The notes under the pieces: model-generated
Told to the model about the DNA's origin: nothing
The model's database searches: none
What the model saw: the letters and a program-made list of their open reading frames with translations, nothing else
Shown here: one piece after another, positions 17,639-25,819 of the stretch
How the letters are laid out: every line of letters starts with the position of its first letter
Numbering within the stretch: position 1 is the stretch's first letter
Program-made: the position numbers and the translations under genes
DNA from: Bdellovibrionota bacterium
GTDB taxonomy: Bacteria > Bdellovibrionota_C > UBA2361 > CALJRW01
Reading direction: 5' to 3'
Assembly (NCBI GenBank): GCA_041740355.1
Contig: JBGSMD010000018.1
Location: forward strand, 1-29,058
DNA: 29,058 bases

Positions 17639-19915
17639 TTGAGACGTAGTTCCGATTCACATCATGATAACCATAAACCAAACTATGACCATAGTTTTAA
17701 TTTTGAACAAACTGAGTTTGCTTCCTACCATCATCCCCAAGCAAATCTAATTAGCGAACACATTCAGCAAATCGGTTCTTGTATTGGTAGTAAAGATTTC
17801 CACCAAGCTGAAATGCACTTATCATTTATTACCCATAAATTAAGCCCAGCTCTAACTAGTGAAGATGTAAAGTGGTTACTGAATAAACAAACCCAATTTT
17901 CACCAGATCTGACCCAAAATTCAATTTTAGAACAGCTAATAATTCAAGAAGCTCCGCCAATAACATTAAGCAAGTTCTTTCTTTATGGTGTTAGTGACCA
18001 CTATTTTTATACCGTAGTAGACAGTTTTATACCAAACTCTAAGGAGGAGAATGCTTCCGTTATCAACCGAGAATATGAGGGTTGTAACTTAGTTCACCTA
18101 GCTGCTAAAGAATTAAATGTCGTAGCACTTCAGGCACTAAGTGAGTGCAACATAGATTTTAACTTAAAGAATGCCAATGGACTGACTCCCCTGACATTAG
18201 TTATGGAGATCTATTTAGTTAATATCCATCAATCCTCGCGTAAAACTCTGGACAATGTCATCAGTCTTTTAATCGATAATATTGATCCCAGTGCTAAGCA
18301 CTTTACTAGCGAACATCCTTTTTGCTTTGCTTTACAAAGATATGACTTAGATTTAGCAGAAGAGATTTTAAATAATGTTACTGCAACACCAATCGGAACT
18401 GAGAGTGCTCGTTTTATAATTATTAAAAATGGAATTGAAGAATCTGTTGATTTCCATGGCATTGCTAGGGAAGTTCTTAAGCTTGGTTTTCAAATTCAAA
18501 GCACAATTCCAGAATATGATAATAAACCGGCATTAGAATTAATCTACGAGGGTTGTAATTTTTATCGCCTCTCAGCGAACATTCAGTATTTTTATTATTA
18601 CTTACAGTCTTATCTGGAGATGACAAATCAAACAGAAGTCCATGAAGATCGTTCATTTAATAAACTAGCGATAGCGATTACAAATTCCTACTCACCACAA
18701 GATATTGAAAGTTTACTGGCAAATGTAGAAGCATATCATGATGAAGTTTTTGAGCAGAATGATCGGATGTTCTCACCTGATTATCACCAAAATGAAGCTG
18801 AGCTTCTGCTATTACTAGCTCATCCCGAATTCATCCATAATTTTAACCCTAAGCATGCTAGCAGTATTACTAAAGTCTTAACTAGTCCCTATCGTTTTAT
18901 GGATTATAATGTCCAAACAATCGATCTAGTAGATGGTGGCTGGAAAACTATTTCCAACTGGCAAAGAATTGGTCAGCTGACAAATTCCTTCTTAAATTGG
19001 AGATTTGATTCTTTGCACCCGCAAGATCAAGTAACAGAAAATAAACTACCTGCTTTAATTGAAGATTTTGGTTTTACCAAATGCCAGCTAAGTTTAGAGA
19101 CTAATCAGAAGTATGGATCTTGTTATCAAATCAAACCTAATGAATGTAGTTTAAATTTTATTAGTCGAGATCAAGAGATGGAAAGTTTCTTAACTTACAA
19201 TCCAAAAGCTATTTTCTTTCTTGCTCGAGGGTACATGATGATGTCCGATCCTAGTTTAGGCACTCTACTGATTAGAAATTCATCTTTAATCTTTGGGCGT
19301 AATACAATGCATCACCCTGCTTATTACAGTCCTGAATTTATTAATACTCCAATTATTGATAATCAGTATGAAAATCTTTATCCGATTCTCTCCAGGAGAA
19401 TTAATGGGGTTAATGACGGGGTTATTCCTGGCAAACAGCATCGGGATGAAATCAGATATCTAACTGAAGAAATTACTGGCATTTTTGATTCATATAACCG
19501 TTGGAAGTTTAACACCGATCCACAGACTAGTTTTAGAAAAACAAATACTACAATTACTAACAATGAAATTATTGGTGCCTACAATTCCGTTGGATTCGAA
19601 TCCTTGGTAAGAAACATACGAGCAACTTACGAAACTGGAAAGCAAACAAAGAATCCTAAACTTATCCCTAGCTTGGCGATGACACATCGCTATAGTCCTC
19701 CTTGGAATAGCTTTGCTTATGATAAGTTTGTACCTGATACTGGGGGTACTATTCTCCAAAGAAAATTTGAAATTGATGATTATAACTTAGAGGTGATGGA
19801 AAGTCTGGCCCAAGGGGAATATAATCTCCGCGACTTTAGGAATTCTAGTTTACAATCTTTTTTCCAAACTGGAATTAATTTTCAAGCAAATTTAACAATT
19901 GTATCTTCTAAGTAA
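17639..19915 (+). CDS. Ankyrin-repeat-containing large hypothetical protein
   Basis: GCNLVHLAA..NV..LQ.L..CNIDFNLKNANGLTPL.L; unknown C-terminal region of about 450 aa. Confidence 0.78.
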   Translation: MRRSSDSHHDNHKPNYDHSFNFEQTEFASYHHPQANLISEHIQQIGSCIGSKDFHQAEMHLSFITHKLSPALTSEDVKWLLNKQTQFSPDLTQNSILEQLIIQEAPPITLSKFFLYGVSDHYFYTVVDSFIPNSKEENASVINREYEGCNLVHLAAKELNVVALQALSECNIDFNLKNANGLTPLTLVMEIYLVNIHQSSRKTLDNVISLLIDNIDPSAKHFTSEHPFCFALQRYDLDLAEEILNNVTATPIGTESARFIIIKNGIEESVDFHGIAREVLKLGFQIQSTIPEYDNKPALELIYEGCNFYRLSANIQYFYYYLQSYLEMTNQTEVHEDRSFNKLAIAITNSYSPQDIESLLANVEAYHDEVFEQNDRMFSPDYHQNEAELLLLLAHPEFIHNFNPKHASSITKVLTSPYRFMDYNVQTIDLVDGGWKTISNWQRIGQLTNSFLNWRFDSLHPQDQVTENKLPALIEDFGFTKCQLSLETNQKYGSCYQIKPNECSLNFISRDQEMESFLTYNPKAIFFLARGYMMMSDPSLGTLLIRNSSLIFGRNTMHHPAYYSPEFINTPIIDNQYENLYPILSRRINGVNDGVIPGKQHRDEIRYLTEEITGIFDSYNRWKFNTDPQTSFRKTNTTITNNEIIGAYNSVGFESLVRNIRATYETGKQTKNPKLIPSLAMTHRYSPPWNSFAYDKFVPDTGGTILQRKFEIDDYNLEVMESLAQGEYNLRDFRNSSLQSFFQTGINFQANLTIVSSK

Positions 19916-19931
19916 TTTTTTATAAGAGTTT

Positions 19932-20168
19932 ATGAATACACTTTTTCAAAAAAACAATTCGATTACGGCATCGTTTTCAATTCGTCCTGATTTTGCATCA
20001 CCGGTTGCTGATCCCGAAGCTCCGGCAACACCAAGTCCAGCAAGGCCTGCGCCAACTCCCGCCCAACCTTCGGAACCAGCTCCGCTCACCCCTGCGCCAA
20101 CAACTCTGCCAGCTCCATTCCCACCGTTTGTCAGGCCTAAAGAAGGAGAGGAAGTTGAAACATGTTAG
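19932..20168 (+). CDS. Small proline-rich protein
   Basis: 78 aa, ATG 16 bp after the ankyrin stop; fills the gap up to the convergent gene; PAP/PTP repeats. Confidence 0.6.
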   Translation: MNTLFQKNNSITASFSIRPDFASPVADPEAPATPSPARPAPTPAQPSEPAPLTPAPTTLPAPFPPFVRPKEGEEVETC

Positions 20169-20171
20169 CTT

Positions 20172-21074
20172 TTATCTCTTTAACATTTCACATTTAACAT
20201 CTAGAGCAATCGGATAAGACTGCATCCATTTCATTAGTCGCCATCTTGATCCATAAGATTTAACTCTACACTGGGATGGAACATTTGGGACAACACCAGC
20301 AACATCATCAGCAATAAAGGGAAGACCTTTGGTAACGATACTCCAAATAAAATGGACTAGGCTTGGTTTAACTCTAAAATACACGGCGTCTTCTGGTGGG
20401 CATTCGACTTTATCTTCACAACCATTAATTGACCAATAGTTATCTTCAGCACTTAATTCATTTTTGCCATTTAAATAAACTGTCTCTACTCTTATTTTAC
20501 CACCATGAAGTAACATGTTGGCCGCAATTCTTACGGAATCATAAACTGGCTCATAGCAGGTGGCATAGGAAATATCCTTTAGATAAGGAACTCGGAGTGG
20601 CCAAGCGAATACCAAAAAAGTAAGACAGATGAAAACTCCAGCTCGACCTCTGGAGAATCTAGCCAACTCTTTTTCAGATTCTGCTTCATCGTCAGTATTT
20701 ATTGAATCTGTAACTTCAGGTGATTTCTGACCAAATGTTTTAAAAAAGTTGCTAACTTGAAAGTAAATTTCCTTATAAAGTTTTCTTTCTGGATAGCAAA
20801 ACCAACGCCAAAGTCTTTTATAGAATTGCCAAATATTTTTTAGGAATGGTAATATTCGTATTAGCGGTCGAATAATCTTTGGTGCAATCCAGAGAAACCC
20901 GTCTTTGATATGTAAAATTGTTTTTGCAACTAGACTTAAATCTCGCTGAAGTTCCGCAACACTAAAATCTGAATCTTCTACAGGTACATTTTTTCTTTTT
21001 TTTGTTTGAATTCCTAAGCGCTTAATCCGTTTTAGTAAGTCATCACCATTTTGTTCGTTATTATTGTCTGACAT
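20172..21074 (-). CDS. Membrane protein with C-terminal Cys-containing, DUF1523-like domain (operon gene 3)
   Basis: TM AGVFICLTFLVFAWP; C-terminal V.SYG.R....YP motif; 3-bp gap from the ATPase gene. Confidence 0.75.
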   Translation of the reverse strand: MSDNNNEQNGDDLLKRIKRLGIQTKKRKNVPVEDSDFSVAELQRDLSLVAKTILHIKDGFLWIAPKIIRPLIRILPFLKNIWQFYKRLWRWFCYPERKLYKEIYFQVSNFFKTFGQKSPEVTDSINTDDEAESEKELARFSRGRAGVFICLTFLVFAWPLRVPYLKDISYATCYEPVYDSVRIAANMLLHGGKIRVETVYLNGKNELSAEDNYWSINGCEDKVECPPEDAVYFRVKPSLVHFIWSIVTKGLPFIADDVAGVVPNVPSQCRVKSYGSRWRLMKWMQSYPIALDVKCEMLKR

Positions 21075-21077
21075 AGC

Positions 21078-23363
21078 TTAGACTATGGTTGCACTGGCCA
21101 AAGAGTTTGGCAAACTAGTTTTTGATTTCGGAGGATCAATTTCGACTTTTTGAGTTTGCTGGTTAAATCTTAAAGCCATTACCCCTGTCGCTTCTGGCGT
21201 GCGAAGCATTGTATCGGCAATCGTTGGTTTGATAATATCGGCAATATATCCAGTGACACCCCTAGCACCGTTGACCGGTTCATATGTCGCTTGACACATT
21301 GCCAGTAAATCTGATGTTGGCATTTCCACAAAAAGTTCAGGTGATTTAAAATGAATCATAGAGTTAAGTTTCGCAAGTTCTCGCTGAGCAATTTTTTCAA
21401 TTACAGGTAAGGCAAGTTTACTAAAGCAAACAATATTTCTTCGCCCATTAAATCGGTTTAAGAATTCTGGACGATACTGGTTAGCAAGATCTTTCATAGC
21501 ATTAGCTTCAGCATCTTCCGGAGTTAAATCTTCATTTAAGAAGTGAAGGGTCCCAATGTTTGTTGTCATAATAATAACAGTTTCATGAAATGATACTGTT
21601 AATCCACGATTATCTGTTAAACGAGCATCGTCAAGAATTTGTAAAAAAACATTGAAGATATCCGGATGTGCTTTCTCAATTTCATCAAAAAGAATAATTC
21701 GATTTGGATTCTTGCGTAGAGCATTGGTTAAGATCCCACCTGCTTCGTAGCCTTCATACCCGGGAGGTGCCCCAATTAATTTAGCAACTGCATGCTTTTC
21801 CATATACTCCGACATATCAAATCGTAGCAACGCTCGCTCATCATCCATCAAGGCAACTGTTAGTGCTTTAGCGATTTCTGTTTTACCAACACCAGAAGGA
21901 CCTAAAAATAAAAAACTAGCTTGAGGTTTATTGGGATCTTGTAATCCTGCTCTTGCCACGCAAACAGCATTGGATAACTTTTCTACCGCCTGATCTTGTC
22001 CAAATACTCGACTAGCTAAATTGTCTTTTAATCCAAGCAATTTAACGCGCTCATCTTGAGTTAATTTGCTTACTGGAATTCCAGAGATATGACTAAATTC
22101 TAATAGTACATGTTCAGCAGTCAAAATTAGCCCCGAATTAATTTTGCTGGATACTTGGTCAAACTTAGCTTTGTTTTCATCAACTTCACTTTGGAATCTC
22201 TGAATCTCTAATTTTATCTCACGTATTTCTGAAGAATCAAATCCGGCATTGATTACGGAGAAAGATCCCGGATGTTCGACTGCTGCTGACTTATTTGCTT
22301 TCAGTTGTTCTCTGTTTTCTTGTTCTTTTAATTGTTGTTCTATAATTGCTTCTTCTAACTCACGAATTGACTGCTCGCCTGTGCGTTGATCTTGAGATAA
22401 TTTACGAATTTCTTGCTGTAGCTTTTCCCAATTATTTTTAATGTCATGAATTTTTTCTTCTGTCTCTGTTGCTAATTTTTGTAACTCTGTGGGACTTAAT
22501 TTAGCATATTCCTTGTCAGCCTTCCCGGTTTTTATTGCGGAATTAAGCTTTGTTAATTGTTTCTCAACTGCCGCCAACTCAGGAGATTTAGCATGGGCTT
22601 TTTGACGATAAGTTGTGAGTGCTCGGTCTAGTAAAGTTAAACTACGTTCTGGTTGAGCACGACTAAGACCTAAATCAGAAACACGGTATTTACTAGTTTG
22701 TAGTATAGCTGATTTAATTGCCTCTTCTGAGATTTTTATTCCATGATGCTGTTGTAAATGCTCAGCTGATGATTTAATAATTAAAAGTAAATCATCTGGT
22801 GCAGGCTCTTGAATATCGAGTAAGGTAAAGATCTCCCGCATATCAGAATGACATTTAAGTACAATCTCTAAATCATCATCTCTGGATTCAAAAATAGCTT
22901 GAAATTTTTTATTGCGAATCTCACGCATCAAAGCATTAATTAGATGTGTCGAACCACTATTTCGCGCGGCTTCTACAAAATTTTTGGTATCTTCAATTAA
23001 TAAAATTGTTTCAGGCGAACGAGAAAGCGAGCGTAATGCTTTTTGAAAACCTTCATTTATTTGAACGGGATCCCCTGATGCAAACAAACCATCAGTGTCT
23101 AACCAATAAAGTCGTTTATTAACGATATCAAAGGGAGCAGTTGGATCGGCTTTCATTGCCTGTAAACCTAAGCAAATGGCAGTGCAACCAACCCCTCCAG
23201 CACCTACAAGCAAAACTGAATTTGCACTATTCCTCATTAAGATCGCGGAAAGGCGTTGTAATTCTGCACTTCTACCAACAAGTTTAAAATCAGGTCTTAG
23301 TGCTAAAGTGTCACTTGCTCTTATTAAATAATCTGCACTATGGGAAATTCTTGGTTTACTCAT
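21078..23363 (-). CDS. Atypical ClpB/Hsp100-like AAA+ ATPase (no N-domain, degenerate NBD1, long coiled-coil middle domain)
   Basis: NBD2 intact: GPSGVGKT, DMSEY, GAPPGYEGY, LFDEIEKAH, RPEFLNR, GAR. NBD1 degenerate: GAGGVGCT and LLIED. Confidence 0.92.
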   Translation of the reverse strand: MSKPRISHSADYLIRASDTLALRPDFKLVGRSAELQRLSAILMRNSANSVLLVGAGGVGCTAICLGLQAMKADPTAPFDIVNKRLYWLDTDGLFASGDPVQINEGFQKALRSLSRSPETILLIEDTKNFVEAARNSGSTHLINALMREIRNKKFQAIFESRDDDLEIVLKCHSDMREIFTLLDIQEPAPDDLLLIIKSSAEHLQQHHGIKISEEAIKSAILQTSKYRVSDLGLSRAQPERSLTLLDRALTTYRQKAHAKSPELAAVEKQLTKLNSAIKTGKADKEYAKLSPTELQKLATETEEKIHDIKNNWEKLQQEIRKLSQDQRTGEQSIRELEEAIIEQQLKEQENREQLKANKSAAVEHPGSFSVINAGFDSSEIREIKLEIQRFQSEVDENKAKFDQVSSKINSGLILTAEHVLLEFSHISGIPVSKLTQDERVKLLGLKDNLASRVFGQDQAVEKLSNAVCVARAGLQDPNKPQASFLFLGPSGVGKTEIAKALTVALMDDERALLRFDMSEYMEKHAVAKLIGAPPGYEGYEAGGILTNALRKNPNRIILFDEIEKAHPDIFNVFLQILDDARLTDNRGLTVSFHETVIIMTTNIGTLHFLNEDLTPEDAEANAMKDLANQYRPEFLNRFNGRRNIVCFSKLALPVIEKIAQRELAKLNSMIHFKSPELFVEMPTSDLLAMCQATYEPVNGARGVTGYIADIIKPTIADTMLRTPEATGVMALRFNQQTQKVEIDPPKSKTSLPNSLASATIV

Positions 23364-23389
23364 GATTAAAGTTATAGAAAACTACTAGA

Positions 23390-25114
23390 CTAAAGATTGA
23401 ATCCACCCATACCGCCACCTGTGTTCCCATCTTTCGGTTTTTCAGCTTCTTCCTTTTTAGGTGCGCCATCAACTTCAGCACCGACATCAGCATTAATACC
23501 ATAAGAGGCATTAACATCACGCTGAATTTCCTTAGTAACTTCCTCTAGCCCTCCAATTCTTTCTTTAACAGCACGAACATTCTCGCGAGTTATATCAGAC
23601 GCTTTTCGAATAACTTGTCCCATAGCTGCTAAATCATCAATTGCTTTAGTTAAGGAATCACTCTGATCTTTTATTCCAGAAGCACGTCGCAGTGCATCCT
23701 TCGCAATTGTGCGATTAGTTTTGTCGTTCATTAAGCTTAAAGACATGCTGGTCATTTCACTGGCTTCATTTAAAGCAGCCCCAGAAAGGGCATCAAGGGT
23801 TGTAGCTAAACGCTGCGCAACTCCTGCGACACCAGAACTCTGAATTCCACGAGTCTTGGCCATTTGTTGTTGATTACTATCTTTCATTGATTTGATTTGG
23901 AAGCTAGCATTTGATAATTCAGCAAGCGTTGTTCCGGTATCCACACTTACAGTATCAAGCGCTGTAATATGTTCTTCTAATGAGCGTAATTGCTTTTCTT
24001 TTTGCATTTTCGCGATGGCACTTTCTTCTTTCTCAACATCTTGAGTTAGTGTTCCTCTTAAGTTTTGATTATTACCCTCGGCATCTTTTTCTGCTTCTCG
24101 TAGAACAGTATAAATACTTTCCATACTATCGTTCATTTCAGCCACACCTTCGATATGCTGATTTCGACCCGATAGATGCTTCATTACTTCACCAACTCGT
24201 TTTTCAGTTGTATCTACAAAGTTATTAGCCGCATTTACTAAGTCTTGTTGACGTTCTTTATGCTGATCACTGCTAATATCCAGAAGACTTTTTAAAGTAG
24301 CTTTTTGTTTTAACAAATCAGTATACTTACTTTCTAAAGGACGATTTGAAAGCGTATTAATACTTTCAATGTCCGCTTGTAAGTCAAGACGTTCTTGTTC
24401 CGCTTTTACTAAATCTACTTGTTCAATTTGAGCAATTGCTTGGCGTGCTTCTTGTGTCACACCACCAAGTCCAAAAAAACTTTTTTCTTCAGCTAAACTG
24501 GATTTGCGTTTATTTAATTTATAAATTTGATCTTCTAACTCAGACAGTTTCGATTCTTGTTCTTGTTTTAATTTCAAGCGTTTCTCTTCTTCTGCCTGAT
24601 CATCTTTAATTTCTTTGAAAATATCAAAAATAACATCTCCCCCAGCCATTCTGAGATCAAAAACTGCATCAACAATATCTGTTAATGGTTGCATCTTGCC
24701 GTCAAAGTCCATCAAAGCTGAATTGATATCATCATAAACCATTTTCAGTTCAGAAAAGGCTTCGGTGTCAGTCAAAGAAATTAATTTCTGTGACATCTCT
24801 TTTCTTTGTAACTGTAACCATTCTTTAAATAATTCCAACTCGGCTAATTTCTCACGATTAGCTTCTTTAGATTCTTCTGCCGAAAAAGCTAATACTTTTG
24901 CCACCGCTTCTTTCTTCTGTTCTGGACTAAGTTCAGGATTCCAAAGAATTTTCTTAAATGTATTTGCTTCAATTTTAGCAAATCTTTCATCAACGGGCGC
25001 AGCTTTAGTTTCAGTAACACCAACTGTTCTGGTATTACGCTTGCCCTGTATATTTTCAGCCTGATCTACAAGATCACTTAACTTAGTAGATTTTTTTGAT
25101 GATGATGAAGACAT
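23390..25114 (-). CDS. Long coiled-coil protein, TelA/toxic-anion-resistance-like (operon gene 1)
   Basis: All-helical heptad pattern; C-terminal QIKSMKDSNQQ..K...MNDKTNRTIAKDA parallels TelA; AAGGA RBS upstream. Confidence 0.7.
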   Translation of the reverse strand: MSSSSSKKSTKLSDLVDQAENIQGKRNTRTVGVTETKAAPVDERFAKIEANTFKKILWNPELSPEQKKEAVAKVLAFSAEESKEANREKLAELELFKEWLQLQRKEMSQKLISLTDTEAFSELKMVYDDINSALMDFDGKMQPLTDIVDAVFDLRMAGGDVIFDIFKEIKDDQAEEEKRLKLKQEQESKLSELEDQIYKLNKRKSSLAEEKSFFGLGGVTQEARQAIAQIEQVDLVKAEQERLDLQADIESINTLSNRPLESKYTDLLKQKATLKSLLDISSDQHKERQQDLVNAANNFVDTTEKRVGEVMKHLSGRNQHIEGVAEMNDSMESIYTVLREAEKDAEGNNQNLRGTLTQDVEKEESAIAKMQKEKQLRSLEEHITALDTVSVDTGTTLAELSNASFQIKSMKDSNQQQMAKTRGIQSSGVAGVAQRLATTLDALSGAALNEASEMTSMSLSLMNDKTNRTIAKDALRRASGIKDQSDSLTKAIDDLAAMGQVIRKASDITRENVRAVKERIGGLEEVTKEIQRDVNASYGINADVGAEVDGAPKKEEAEKPKDGNTGGGMGGFNL

Positions 25115-25392
25115 AGAATCCTTTTTAAATATTTTAACTCTTAACTTTTAGAGGGTTTACTCAAAGCAAGTTCTTAAATTCGAAAATAAAATTTTGAACA
25201 TTTGTTATGATAACATTTTGAACCAATTATATTCAGGTAATAGTGATTGTTTAGAATTTCAGTAACAGCTTTTGAAATGCAATGCTTAAAAACTGAATTT
25301 AAGCACCAAACATAGTAAATACCTAAGATAATTAAAGATTCTAGCAAAACCACGCGGTTCTACAAGGATTATTATTTAATAATAAAGGGAAA

Positions 25393-25617
25393 CTATTCTA
25401 GCTTCCATTTTATTTGAAACTCAATTTCCTGAGAATCCAGATCCCGTTCATGCTCAATATTAAAAGTCGCACTATCAGGCACATAAATACGCTCTCCAGC
25501 AATTTGGATGTTAAAGTTCTTACCCGCTTCAATTGAATCTGCAAAACGGCGCAATTTAGCAACAAATTCCTTTTTACTGTAGGACTTTTCGATATCACGA
25601 GTTTTTTTCTTAAGCAT
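25393..25617 (-). CDS. Amphi-Trp domain-containing protein
   Basis: RDIEK.Y..EFVAKLRR.AD.IE.G..F.IQIAGERIYVP...FNIEHER....EIEFQIKW. Confidence 0.9.
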   Translation of the reverse strand: MLKKKTRDIEKSYSKKEFVAKLRRFADSIEAGKNFNIQIAGERIYVPDSATFNIEHERDLDSQEIEFQIKWKLE

Positions 25618-25819
25618 TTTTTTGTTTTTTTAAAATTATCTAGTGATTATAAATAAGATTTGCAAAGTTCGATATAATAATTAATATAGAATTTCACTTT
25701 TTACTTGTTTTTTTAAATTAATAACTCCTAGTTTGTTGTTAATGGTGTTACAATTAACAAGTTCCTGTTAGTTTAGGTTATTATAGCTCTTTGCCATAAG
25801 TTTATCTTTAGATCTTCTC

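Noticed and set aside
21078-23363. Housekeeping clpB or T6SS clpV call
   Set aside because: No N-domain, degenerate NBD1, and no T6SS or heat-shock context
25393-25617. Amphi-Trp gene as a fourth member of the AAA+ operon
   Set aside because: 278-bp gap and a commonly standalone family; linkage unsupported without neighbourhood data
25736-25760. Inverted repeat TTGTTAAT-N9-ATTAACAA upstream of the protease
   Set aside because: AT-rich 8-bp arms are plausible by chance; no second instance
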